Shown here: piece after piece, positions 1-13,197 of the stretch
How the letters are laid out: the number at the start of each line of letters is the position of its first letter
Position numbering within the stretch: the first letter of the stretch is position 1
Source of the DNA: Styela clava
Lineage: Eukaryota
Assembly (NCBI RefSeq): GCF_964204865.1
Contig: NC_135250.1
Location: 25,358,001 to 25,422,000 of the forward strand
Direction of reading: 5' to 3'
Length of the DNA stretch: 64,000 nt
Program-made: the position numbers and the translations under genes
The notes under the pieces: generated by a model
Told to the model about the DNA's origin: nothing
Seen by the model: the letters and a program-made list of their open reading frames with translations, nothing else
Databases searched by the model: none

Positions 1-3000
1 CTTGTGTTTGCTTAGTTGGCGCAGGAAGAGCTTGTTCGTAACCGGCAGTTTCTTGTAGCACGTTCGAATATGATGGTTGAGAAACTGGGTCGTTGGAAGG
101 AGTTGCTGATTAATTAAAAAAAGTTCGATTAACGACTATAGGAGAAATATTAAATATCTTTAAAATATTGACGAAGAATTGGCGAACAGTGCAAGACATA
201 TCCAAATCATTTCTTATTTTTCATTGTCGTCACTCAAGAGCGAATTACACAATAAGGAAGAGTAAACGTTTGTATAATGACTAAACGATACAAAAATGAC
301 TAGCAAAATATTTGTCATCTTTTAGTAATTTGAGATGAGAATGATACCGGAGAAGACATACATATTTTACTTAGGCAAATTATCTTATCTTCCTGTTTAA
401 ATATTTTTGCATTGGTGATGAAAGGAAAGCTGGTGAATGTCCTGTATTTACTTATATTTCAGAATTTTCCGGTGGCTGATCAATAATAATGTATTTTACG
501 TGAAATGGTGATTTTCGGATCTCACTACCTTTTTCTTGTATATTTTCGTAATTATGTTCTTTCGCTTCTGCATGTTTCTTTAACTTTTTTATCTTATTTA
601 TCAGTCTGTATATGATTAAGCCAAAGATTACGTAGAAGATCAAAGGAATCAAAAAACCGATCACAAAACTGACGATGTTCAACTCAAACGATTTCTTTTC
701 TGAAAAATTATATAAGCTAAAAAAAAAACTTAAATATTAGAAATTTTTTATATAATATTGAAAGTTTTAACAAAATTGACGAAATTGACAATATTTTCAT
801 TTTAAAACCGAATAGTTGCATGAACATTATTCCTTATTCAAAAGAATAATTTTCTAAACAATATATATTTCAGTAAATGATTCCCAAACTTTTTTCATTT
901 TTTTGAAGTAAAGTGTCTGCAAAAATCATAATTCACTTTCATAAAGTTTCGATTGGAATCTTATATAGTTCTCGGAACATACTTAGTATCTAATTACTAT
1001 TTCCCTTGAACTATTTCCTGAAACTTAATACTGATTCAGGTTTGAGCCGGGATCATACATCAATATAATACATACGGTTTTCTAATATCGGCCCATTAAT
1101 AACAAAAAGAAATTTAATATAAAGGTATTCTCGCAACAAGAACTGAAAATCAATTTCCGAAAAATATACAGTTTTATTTAGATAATGCGCTAACCACTGT
1201 CCATGAATTCCATAGGAGTGAGTGAATTCTCAATGATTACGCCCAATTGAGTAGAACAAATCTAAATACTTGGAAATATAATAATTGAATTCAATTTATA
1301 CCTTTTGGTTTTCCCACACAAGAACCTATGACAGACCAATAGCAATTGAATATTTTGATCGAAGCAGAATAATTACGATTTGGTTCTGGTTGAAATGAAT
1401 ACCCGGATGATGTCGTCACTTCTATGAGCTTTGTGGCTACCTCCGAGTTTGCATCTAGCGAAGAAACTGGAGTTGAAGTTAGATTCAGTTCCTATAAATA
1501 ATCAGATAAAAAAAATTGCATCAGAAATATTGAAGTTTTTATTTTAAATTTCCTAAATATTGGTGTCAAATAAATTGTTGAAGATAACGCAATAAACCAA
1601 AACTTCCAGATAAGTGGAATATGATTTTGATATAAAATATTGATAAAACAATATCTGTCATTTATATCAGTGGACCAAAACAGATCTACGATCGTGAGCA
1701 ATAGAGTGGATGGCTGTAGAATCAGCCAAACTTCGTGACACAGAGTGAAGTCATATTACACGTAATAATTCTCAATACAATTTATACACCATCAACCAAG
1801 TTGTTGTAGGACATGTGTCTCAAATAGTTTGTGTTAACAATGCAATTATCGACTCACCACGATATAAGAATCACCAGTCTCTGTTTTGTTATATAAGATC
1901 CATGAGATGACGCAAGTTTGCGTATTCTTGTATTGTATAATAGATGACGATTCAACAGATAACTTTGATCCGCCTGTTCTTGCGCTTCGGATGGTAGAAT
2001 ATTGGGTTGGACAGTTATCCTTTGTTACACATGCAGTTATCTGAAATTTATATTAACAATATAATAAAGCAACATAAAATTTGGGTGAGGGGGTCAAGTA
2101 GCTTAGAACGTTTCGTACGTATTCCTGAGAGAGGAGACTTTTTGCCGGAAGTAGAACCCATGCAATAAAAATTAAAAAGAACTGATCATTTACGGTATAA
2201 TGAAACATTTTTACTTACTTTGATTTGAAAGGTTGTGGTAGGCGACAAATTGGTTATTGTGGTTGACTGTTTCTCAGGTGTTGGTGAATCCAACCATTTT
2301 GTTGATTCACCTGAGGTCGGACTTACTTCTATTCTGTGAAACAGATGTGAGTTGACAGTGACAAATTGATGCGAGTAAAACACCTTGTAACAATACACGT
2401 AATGGTGTTGGGTAGACGGGTCGTGACCAACATGATAGATTTACATGTTGACACTCACCAATACGTCTAATAAATTTACCATGGTAACTTATACAGCTCC
2501 AACCGTTTTCTTAGATGACATTATATCATTGTTGTGAAAACGAATATTGACTTAGATTTGTCTAACGACATTTTCGGTTCGGAGGAAGAGATGACGCATA
2601 AACAAGATGTTGAAATTTATGCCTAAATATTCATAAAGGTAAACTCACTTGTGTGGAAATCCAACAGCATTTGTATGCGGTTGCCATGAGATGATCAAGT
2701 TAGAGTTGCAGACGTTATTTGATATTTGTTGAATTGTGGGATTTCCAGCCACTGAAAGTAATGACCAAAAGATTAGTTAACATAGATTACAAAATTAAAG
2801 AACGTTATTTATATTCACCCTCATATGATTCAGTTGTATTTTTCTCGGTTTTGCCAATTCGATAACGACAACTATAAGATCCCGCATCTGCAATATTTGC
2901 GTTTTGAAGATTCAATATTGCTGATCCATTTTGTAACAATTGATAAACTCTACTTGTAGTTGCGGTTGATACTTTGTTAGATGATTTGTACCAATCAACT

Positions 3001-5602
3001 TGTGTAACAGCGCTGCATTCTGTTGCAGAACACCTTTTCTGGTTTCCGTTGATGGTTTGTATTCTAACGAACGGGCCTGGAAATACTGAAGCAGAATGTG
3101 TGAAATTTGAAGCTGTAAATAACACAAATTGGTTTAGAATAAGAAAAACTAGGTTGATTACTTTGGTTCGTAGTTAGCGCAACTCTGTTTGTAACACAAT
3201 TTGAATTGAGTGATTGAAGCCCAATAATTCTATTATGAGCATTCAGTGGCACCGAAAAACAATACTTGTATCGTATACTTGTATATGTGATCTGTATTGA
3301 TCAGTTCCAATTGAATATTCTTAATTTGACAATCTATTTCAATTTATATTTAATTTACGATCAATATTTAAGTACTAGCTTATTGGACAGGAAGTTGATA
3401 TATTTGAGTTTTGCTGGGACAGTTACTGTAGTGTTCTGGGTACTATAGCATTTCAACAGTTCAAGCTTCCTTCTAATATCGTATGATTTTTGTGGAATTG
3501 TTGTTGAAAATTATGTTTGAACTTTGTGTGCATATATTTGAGTTTTGCTCCATTGTTTCTTTAGATAGAACCTATGCAACTTGTTACGTTTCCTTTACCT
3601 CCAGTTGCGCACGAATTGAGAAAAATCAATGAATATTACCTTTCTGGCAAATGTAGTAGATGATTTCATCACAAGATATATCAATCCACTCATACGTTTT
3701 TTTTCCAACTGCCAAACAATCTTCATTGCCAAAATTGTTTGGTTCATTCGAATACCTGATAAATTTAGAAGCCGAATTAATTATTCTAAAAATTATGCAG
3801 GCTCTAAGCAACTAATTTAAGAAATAGTTAGTGACAAGTTGTTACGCAGATATACCTTCTAAATATTTTCCGAACAGGAGAAGTATTGATATAATAAATA
3901 TGGAATTAAAATTTTAAATTTTAGCTAGGCATAAGTTATTCAATTGCCCCTAACAGGTATCTAGTGAGGTTTTTCGGGATTTCACCTCCGACAAAATGAA
4001 TTTGACTACGACGAATAATAAATGGCATTTTTGAAGTCATGCCGTGGTATTTCTCTTCACTATAATATTGATAATATGAATACCGCGTGGTATACAAGTT
4101 CTGAAAACTATTTCACGCAGAAAATATATTGTTTATTAAATTCTTTTGCAACTTTTATAAATAAAATTGAAAAACAAACCAGTTTTGATATCCCACTTCT
4201 CCTCTCATTATCACATTAGTACCATCCTGCCATTTCCAATCTTCTTCTATTGCTATGTCGTTTCCACCGATATAAAATGTGTTTACCATGTTTTGTAAGC
4301 TAATAATATAAAATTGTATCATGTTTTTTTAAAGAAAATAACGGAATCATCGATTAAAAATTGAAAAAACGACCGAAAGAAGAGCTGAAATAGACCACGT
4401 ACGCGCTATGATAACTAAAGAGCTTTTTTGTGATGAAGCAAAGTATAAATAAAAACGCTGATTATGCCAGGTAGCCAATAATCAAAAATACCTTTATTTG
4501 TTGAAGCAAAGTAGTATTAAAAAAGCGTTGATTATGCCAGGAAGTCCGCAATAAATAAATAAAATCAGTTAGTTCCGGTGTTTGTGTGATTTGCAAACTT
4601 GAATTGATTTGTTTAAAAACTAATTCCTAAAAAACCCATTCCGTAAAGAACAGTTTTTGCTTCAATTTATTCAAATATACAAACTTGTGAGCTATATAAA
4701 TTCTATTGATCCCTGCTTTTATTGTATTTACGATAGACTACTTGTTTCAATGCAACACATCCAAGGTAAATAAATCGCTATGTATATGTTAAAACTAAAA
4801 GGATTTCTGGATACATCAGGCTGGGATTGGTTATACGATATATTGTAAAAATAAAGAAGTACATAGTTGGGATTATTGCAGTACTACTATATGCTTTCTA
4901 AAAGAAACATAAAACCTTCAGCTCTTTTACATCACTGTACAGACAATATCCTATTTCAACTCACGCTTATAATAAGTGTTTAATCTACATCGAGATGGTA
5001 CAAACAACAGTGAGATAATCAATTCCGCTTATTTACTGCTAAAGTTTCATTCAATACATAGAAATATTCACATATTAAATAACACCAAGATATCAAAAAT
5101 AAGTTTCTTTTTAACTCACTCGAATGCTGAATTAATGACTGTCGTCATTCTCTCATTATCAACTTTAGCTAAGTAACCTCCCAATCTTTCACAGAATGTT
5201 TTTGCTTTTTCGTAAGTTTTACCTTGTTTGTAAAAAAGCAGTTCAAACCCATCAACACATTCTTTCTTCCAGGGATCTGAAACAAAACGGTATCTGGAAT
5301 TGTAATCAGATTCAAATTTGAACAATTGAATAAATAACAATTCTCATTTATTAACAGAAAATTTGACAAAAGATAAAATTTGAATGATAGATTGAATAAG
5401 TATACAATACTTTAAAAACTGAGATTTTTTAATTTACTACAAGGAAACTTTGTATTTGTCCGTGAGAACGCAACCTATTCATAAACAAAAGGTTTTCATC
5501 AAGATATGACCAAAAGTTTTTATTCATAAAATTCAACTAACCTTGAGCTGAAACACTGGTGATAAGGATCGAAAACAATATCACCAAAATTTTAAGATTC
5601 AT
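1..5602 (-). CDS. Receptor copy A: CTLD(EPN)-Ig-FN3-FN3-TM-Tyr-rich tail; 11 exons, last exon runs off the window start (>=529 aa)
   Basis: GT-AG exons in consistent phase: 5602-5542 (signal MNLKILVILFSILITSVSAQ); 5276-5120, 4299-4180, 3755-3640 (CTLD: AKTFCERLGGYLAKV, FYIGGND..WKWQDG, EPNNFGNEDC..WIDISC..YICQK); 3085-2819 (Ig: C..WYK..LNLQNANIADAGSYSC); 2751-2649, 2333-2219, 2040-1858, 1491-1302 (two FN3: ISWQP..NLSPTTTFQIKITA; ISW..PNRNYSASI); 699-529 (TM NIVSFVIGFLIPLIFYVIFGLII, then HNYENI); 105-<1 (SYSNVLQETAGYEQALP). No stop in the spliced frame. The Ig acceptor was chosen by paralog conservation; alternative in-phase AGs exist. Confidence 0.88.
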
Positions 5603-6302
5603 CTTTATTATTCGAAAGACACAGTTTTCGACATTTGTCGTCAACTTAAATATTACAACCTAATTTTATTTCTTTTTGATCAGGTCGTTTCGGGTTTCAA
5701 TTATCATAACTGCAATGTAAAAAATAAAATTAATAAATGCCACTTTAAAAAATAAAATTATAATTTATTGAAATATAAATCAAGCAACTCAAGTAAATGG
5801 ACGTGAAAAACATCACAGTTCCTATTGTTGAAGCAATATTATGAATAACGGCGAATCACGTCGACTGATTTGAACCTTTGTGACGTAGAAGATCGACCTT
5901 TTCACCAGTATGCCCAGCTACATAAATTCGTCCCTTCTCTTATATTCAGATTTTAGTTGATCATAGATCGTTGTTTGTTTAAGACTGAACTGGTTATTAA
6001 TATATTTCGACATTGCGGCAATATCCATGAGTCTTTCTTGTGGTAAATTACAAGCAGCAGAAGTGGCTGTACCTGCTATGAAGCGAAAGCATTGGAACAC
6101 TTTTTCACGAGAATACTTTGATACAGTGATAATAATTACATAACTTATGTGTAAGTTTCTTCATTCACATTTTGAAATAATTCCACTCCTACAAACCGCT
6201 ACTAATATTACCGTACCAACATTTCTCGAAACCCGCTCTACATACAATCAGGAAAAGTGAACGTAAATTGTTACGTGTGGATGTTAAACTGAGATGGCTC
6301 AC

Positions 6303-6322
6303 TGAGTCAGTCTACCACTTCC
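6303..6322. promoter_or_regulatory. AP-1 (TGAGTCA) plus adjacent ETS-like (GGAAGTG on - strand) composite ~700 bp upstream of copy A
   Basis: TGAGTCAGTCTACCACTTCC; the same arrangement is kept upstream of copy B (25879-25898). Confidence 0.4.
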
Positions 6323-7729
6323 CATCATACTAACAAAAGAGTTGCAAACGCACGGAAACATTAACTTCCAATAATCGTTCCCAAATCACAATGGATTGTG
6401 TGTTCATGCATCAATTATACCTGATGTAATAGCACATATTCATAAGGAAGTATTGCCAGTATATTCGTTAAGCAAACACTGCATAGTGATTATGCTTAGC
6501 ATCGTTGTCGCGAGTGGATGATATGAAAACCAAATAATATAACCAAGTGGAAATTGTTTTCCTCTGTCTTTGATTAGTATGTACCTATAGCATCATCCCC
6601 TCAAATGCAATTGAGATCTAATCTCAACACACCCACAATACACTGTATCACACAGATCCTCGACAGGTTCGATAACAAATCAGAATACGTTAATTACAAA
6701 ACGTAACGTCTCAAACAAATATGTTGACTTAAATTTTTTTTTTCTCACACTTAAGAAATTCGCATTATTGTGATCTTAGACAAGTAATTCTTACCAGCTA
6801 GACGAGGTTTGAGGTGAGTTGCGCGAGACTAACTCCCTCTCGTCATCTATGCCTTTATGCTAGAGGTTTGCTTGAAAATAATGTAGGAACATATTTTATT
6901 ATTATGTTGTTTTCTTCCATATTGAAAATACATCGAGTTCTGAATAAGGAATGCCGCATTGAACTAACTGCAAGACGACATTGCTTTAGTGAATTCTATT
7001 GAGGAAACGATATTTCCCGAGAAAGCTATTAGGCAATAACTTTATACGTCGCTTACATAATCTTTTCATGCTTTGTCACAACTTTTAGGATCGTTCATTG
7101 TTTCAAAATAACCCATTTCATTTTTTACACTTTCGAGAGAATACTTTTTTAATGAAATTATTTTTTGCAAAAATGGACCGATTACGCGACTAGGTAATGA
7201 AAATGCAGTATTATAAAGTGTAAAGTTTAATTTGCCAAATATAGGCCACGAAAACCTCTGTATTCATGCTCCCGTTTTAACAACATATAAAATCTTACAA
7301 TTATAATTTGTTTTCTGAATATTTCAATATGTTTATATTATTTTTTTTGAATTGGATGAATTGAGTTCTAATTCCCAAAAAGTTAACATTTGACTTTAAT
7401 ACGAGTTACATTCGTCCGCGGCACGACGTGACGGCACAACTTGGTCATTTCGAATCCAACACATACGAAAACAAACAACTATCGTTAATAAACGCTTCAA
7501 CAATATGTCTTACGCGGAATCTGGTCACTAGAGCATGAATTCGCATTTTCTTGTAGTTTATGCCAGAATACGCTATGTTAGTCGGACAGCTTGGGTCGAG
7601 TGTTCGAACAAACCAGTTTGGCTAAAATAAAACTCTAAAGCAGCTCGACAATAGACCGGTAATAAGCCCCAGTGTCGGTACGGAGACTGACGTTATCGCA
7701 TTACTTTTAATACACACTAAACTCCACCG

Positions 7730-9215
7730 CCTTATGTGGCTTGATCAAGCTCCCAGTAATTGCACCGGCCCCGCCATCTATGCCATCGGGAAACATGATC
7801 AGTCTAATATCGACATCACATCTCAACACCATCGTCGCAACAGCCCAATACAGCACTTCAAGGACGACCGTTTGGCATTTTGGCACAATAGCCATTTTTT
7901 GGATTAGGAGTCACAGGGGATTCACAACTTTGCAAGTTATTAACGCCGAACAGGAAGCTATTGTTCTTAACGAAACCAAAGTTGTGTATGTCTTTGGGTG
8001 ACTGCAAAACTGAACAAACAGTATTGACGCCTCGTAGAAATACTAAAAATTCACACCCACAATTCATTGAAACTATTGTTTTTACCGAAACCATGGCTTT
8101 GTATGTCTCTGGGTGACTGCAAAACGGAAAGAACAGTATTGACGTCTCGTATAATTACTAAAAATTCACAACCTCAAATCATTGAGTCACGTTAGTATAT
8201 GAGGTATGTATTGCTAAAGTGACAGTATTTTATTCTGTATATACAATGTTAATATATGAAAGTAAAAACATATTGCTGGGCAATTTAATGAACATATATA
8301 AATTTAATGTGGAGCAGAAATATAATATATTAATATAATGTATATATAATATCGTTTCAAAGATGGCAATGTGTGGGATTTTGAGTTTGTTGGAGAACAA
8401 TTTTGTCAAATCTTGTTTCTCCGTCATTACTGTTTTAATTTGGTGAAATGATAAAAAATTTAAATTATAAAAAACAAAAACACCATAAGTTTTTTGATTG
8501 CAGTAGTCAGTAAAAATAATTTCACATTCAAACTCACCAATATTTATACATCTAAATATACAAAAAAACTTTTAATCAAACGATGGTTAATTTCTACATC
8601 GATTACAATCTGGGTACGTTCGAGAGAAAAGTTTGCAATGCGAAAGTTTTTGGCATTTTGTTATTATACATTACCGGCTTCCCGAAAATTTGAAATAACT
8701 GACGAGACCAAAACTGCATTTGCGATTATTTCAACTCATCACTCTATTTATACTTTTTGAAAACGTATATGTCTCAGATACAAGGAATTCCAAGCACAAT
8801 ATTGTCATTCACTAGAAATTAGAGGTATCGGTGCTAGATGTTCAAGTGATATTAACTTATTGCTCTTCATCTTCATAATAAGTTTATATTACTTATATCT
8901 GTACAAATATATCAGCAACATTTAGAAATAATAAAAAAGAGAAATCAACAAAAAAAACAAAGTGTCGTAGTAATGTGAAACACTCTCTGAAGTCAAACTT
9001 TCCTTTTCTGTGAAAAAGCAATAAAAATATAGAAACTCACGAAGGACGGATTGCTCATTATCAATTCCCCATGATATTTAAAAAGCGAAACAAAGAGGGC
9101 AGGTGAAAATTCGACAAACAATATATTTAAATACCACACAGTATCGCTTAAAGCATTTGCAGGACCTGGCGAATAAAAACCTCTAGCGTCAACTAGTGAC
9201 GATTTGCAAAACTAC
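7730..9215 (+). repeat. Diverged copy of the receptor 3'-flank segment (also 14210-15710 and 63025-64000; partly 40900-41350)
   Basis: Collinear similarity from CTTGATCAAGCT..CCGCCATCTAT to GCATTTGCAGGACCTGG..GACGATTTGCAAAA. Confidence 0.8.
7957..8185 (+). repeat. Two-copy ~115 bp tandem duplication
   Basis: GTATGTCT.TGGGTGACTGCAAAAC..ACAGTATTGACG..TACTAAAAATTCACA..TCATTGA occurs twice; single copy in the paralogous segment near 14480-14605. Confidence 0.8.
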
Positions 9216-9304
9216 AGCAGTCATAACACGTATATTGTCACAATTTCGACATCTTCAGCAGATATTCCACTTTTACTATTATTGCTTAATTTATTTGTTT
9301 ACAG

Positions 9305-11252
9305 TTGCATATTTGTACTCGTTCACAAAAATTTGAAGACATCTGATGACGTACTTTCTTTGACTGACATGATAAAACTTAACGATAAAGTGGATGGAGA
9401 TGAATATATTGCTAAAGCAATATCTGTGAAAAGGTTAGAAGTATTTATTTTTTTTTTCAAGTATTCTACAAGGTTATTTGAGTTGATTATGTGATTTCAT
9501 GTAAATGATATTTGTCAAATTCAGGTGATGGATGTTATATATTGGGATATGAGATTTTGTTTGAACGTCATACCGAAATATATCATTGGAACTAAATGAA
9601 TTTGACTTTTCTATGCTACGCATATTTACGCCGTTCGCTTGAAAATCACATTTTTTGTCCGTGTGAACGCCATGCCATTGAATATTTTAGCATGAAGGGG
9701 AAGCGAATGAATATCACACTCGGTGAAGAATCGATGACAACATGTGATGTAATAAATATCGGAGAGTCAGGAATACAAAATGAACAATCTTCTGGAAAAG
9801 AAACTATATTAACGGGAAGAATTAGGAAACTAGATAAAGAGATCGTAATCTATACTTCTTCAAACACATGCTTTAATTGAAAGTTTTAGCATAAATGCAA
9901 TCAATACCTCTTAGTAGAGAAAAGATAAAGAAATTAAACATATTTTTTGACGCAAAATTAAATTTTTTACTTAATTCCTTCTTTAATATATAAATGTATA
10001 TAAGTATATTTTTTTAATTTATACTTTATCATTTTGTCATAATGTATAAGATAACTTATCTTGCTTCAGCATCTCAATCGTTTATTCGACGTCATCTGGC
10101 GACCAAATAATTTTCAAACAAAGTCCTTCAATCACTCTGAACAGCGCTGCTATAGATGATGAGGGTAAGGAAGACTATTCTATATTTCTGTGTAATAGAG
10201 AATTTTGGTCTAGGTCAATAGGTTGAGATAAAAAAAGAAGTGAGTTATCTCAGTGAGAATATAAGCCTAACCCGGTTTGGGTCCAACTCCAAGCAATGTT
10301 ACGAGAGAATACTTTTGAAAAATTTCCAGAAAAAGAAAACTTGACATGGAACATTGGCTCGAAGATGAAGTGTTATTTTATCGGAAGCACTTTTACTATC
10401 TTTTCGGATTTTTAAATATTGATCATGTGACTATTTTTAATGATTATGATTTTTTTCAATTTTATTAGTATTTTTGAAACCAAAGCTCTTCAAAATCATC
10501 TGGAATTAATGGTAATATTTTTTTTTAGAAAAACATTCATTCGAGTTCAACATCGCGAGTTTCGTGATCGGTTTTCTTATTCCTTTTGTCTTCTTGGTCG
10601 TCTCTGCCGGGATCATATACAAATTGAGGAAGAAAATAAAGAATCTGGAGAAAGATGCTGGAGAAAGAAGCAAATAAACACAATTACGAAACTATAAAAG
10701 GAAAAGGTACTTAGAATTAATGTTAATCAGAAAAGCATTATTCTTGTAGAAAATATTGTTCCTATATAACCAACTAGTTTTATGAATATTCAAAAAAATA
10801 TTAATAATTACTCATATTGTAAACACAACAGAATATGTTCGGGATCAAATTTGTATCTCCAATTTATTTATTATTACATAGAATGAATCTTAGTAAGATT
10901 TAAAAGTTTAGTAAGTTATTGATGTACAAATATTATAACCCGGCGATTTGCAATTTCAAAAAACCCCAAGAAAATTTGCATAATAAAACAAATGTAAATG
11001 TATTTCTGAGAGACATGTTCATCTTGAATTACTGAAATTTAAAATGGATTGGTCTAATATTAGCCCATTACACCAATATTATAAATCTTATTGGAATTTT
11101 TATTTAATTTGATTCTCAAGCAATTAGCAAATCCTTCCAACAACCAGTTGTATCCGAATGTACTGCAAGAAACTACCGAAAACAAACAAGCTTATTCTGC
11201 CACAACTATCCAAAGACATGGGGAATCAGCTTACGAAACTTACAACGCCTAA
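9305..11252 (+). pseudogene. 5'-truncated receptor fragment E (three of the four membrane-proximal-domain exons, TM exon, tail exon)
   Basis: Exons 9305-9433 (CIFVLVHKN..YIAKAI), 9691-~9845 (NITLGEESMTTC; normal donor deleted), 10070-10164, 10529-10706 (TM, +7 nt frameshift from a TGGAGAAAGA duplication) and 11128-11252 (LYPNV..AYETYNA*). The ten upstream exons are absent. Confidence 0.85.
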
Positions 11253-11591
11253 TAAACTCAATATCTATTCGCATATTATAAAAAGAAAAAAAGGTTGGTC
11301 TTCATAAAACACTCGGTGATGTTGTGACTAACAATGTCTTAGCTGTTGGTTAGAATATTTCAATCGTGATGGTGTCAATGGATAAAATTCTTACAAGTCG
11401 ACTCAATTATCAATCTCCATCCAATTTCTCTGAAGCTGATATGAATATACTAATATCATACGGCATGTATTCTCATTTTCAATTATGAAGAAAATTGACT
11501 TAAAATTAGCCACGTAGTAATTCGATGATATGCCCAAAATGCCCATCTTCCGTCGGCCAGGGTTTTTCTATTGATATGGATGTCTTAATCT

Positions 11592-11810
11592 GGTGCTCTC
11601 GAAATTTGCGTACCAAGATGGCGTACACCGGAACGTAGTATGTGTACCGCATGTGTAATTTTATTCCAATTTTCCATATTTTAGTTCTATTACGAGTTCG
11701 AGGACTAGCCAAGTGACTACCGTAGTATTTGTATCTGAAATTAAGGCTTAACCCTAACCTGGTACATATACTACGTTCCGGTGACCGCCATCTTGGTTCA
11801 CATACTTCCC
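11592..11810. mobile_element. Palindromic MITE with long imperfect TIRs (family also at 59845-60056; related ends at 39395-39602 and 51838-52225)
   Basis: GTACCAAGATGGCG..CACCGGAACGTAGTATGTGTACC ... GGTACATATACTACGTTCCGGTG..CGCCATCTTGGTTC inverted pair. Confidence 0.7.
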
Positions 11811-12239
11811 TTAATCTTACAAAACGTCACTAGACATTTTCAAATCACTTGATTATTTAAGTGAGTATTTAGCGAAACCACGTGATACCTATTTTTATTG
11901 TTCATTGCATATTCACTCGTCTTTGTTATTTCGTTTTTATTTTATTTTATTTTTTATTATATCTGAGGGTGTTGTTAGCTCCATAGCTAAACAATCCGTC
12001 ATTCTCAACTCATAATATTTAAACATTTATCGTAACAACTTCGTCAATTCGTGATTTTTTGTTTAATAGATCCATTAATTCTGATTCTTAATATGAAAAA
12101 TCATCATTCAATTCTGAACCTTCGCTGACGCTGCAAATATCCCTATTATGTAAATCATTCTCGTACTTTTACTGGAAAAAGCAAATGTGACTTATTACGT
12201 TGATGTTATTTCCTTGGCTTATTACTTTAACTTATTATG

Positions 12240-12407
12240 CAGAGTGTCCATAAAGTCCCTTTACAATTTCAATTTTTGTTATGAAGCCAGTTTATATCTT
12301 AAGTATTTTTACTTCATTTAATACATCTGTGAGGGCCAAAATAAAGTGGGGCATCGGTAAATTTCCTCTTGCAATTTTAAAAATGTCAAGACCTTATGGA
12401 CACCCTA
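12240..12407. mobile_element. Small Tc1/mariner-like MITE (also 60521-60688)
   Basis: TIRs CAGAGTGTCCATAAAGTC / GACCTTATGGACACCCTA, followed by TA. Confidence 0.6.
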
Positions 12408-12429
12408 TATAATGAGTCAAAAATCAAAG

Positions 12430-13197
12430 GAATTTTCAAAGCTCACAAGTTTAAATATTTAAACAAATATATAGCCTACTTGTACAAAAACTGTTTTATA
12501 CATAATTGATTTTATAGTAATTATTAGCTATTATCAGTTAACCTGCCTGCGGATTATACTAGCAATATTCTTTATAGGCTATCTGGTTTTATCAACATTT
12601 TTTAATAGTACTTTGCTTTATCACGCAAAGGCTATTATGTTATTTTAATACGTCTATAGTCTCAACTTTTTAGTCAGTACTCTTCACGATGTACACTAAG
12701 GCTCTGGTCTTTACTTCAAAATAAAAAAAATGATAAGGTTTATATATTCTAAGCATATATATAAGGTGATGAAAACACCATTCATATTAGTGAAACGACC
12801 TAGCTAGAGAGGGACATTGGAAATGGCAGGATGGTACTGATGTGATAATGATAGGTGAAGTTGAATATTAATATATACCAACCAACCAAATTATTCTCTA
12901 AAAAGTCAAAGTATATACATACTGCATTTCTAAAAATGAGGTAGATTTTAGCTTAAGATAGTTCATCCAATTGGTGACTAGTACTTAACAAGTAATCCAA
13001 AAGAAGGAATTCCCCTACGACAGACAATGGCATTATTGAAGTCTCGCTTGCCGTTGAATTTGCTACACTCTTGTGGATACTACACGACATGAAAGTTATA
13101 AAAAATAATTTAAGGAGCAATTTTTTTTTTTTTCAATTTTTTTAAATATAGTTGAGGACCAAATCAGTTTTGATATCTTACTTCACCTCTCATCATT
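12430..13197. pseudogene. Decayed receptor intron-2/CTLD exon-3 remnant, with an inverted piece of the exon end at ~13157-13197 (duplicated at ~61270-62020)
   Basis: + strand TGGAAATGGCAGGATGGTACTGATGTGATAATG (WKWQDGTDVIM) with frameshifts; - strand ATGAGAGGTGAAGTAAGATATCAAAACTG (MRGEVRYQN). Confidence 0.7.

Noticed and set aside
590-625. ITIM-like IIYRLI in copy A
   Set aside because: It sits at the TM boundary and the +3 residue is not conserved (IIYKLK in B, IIYKLM in C).
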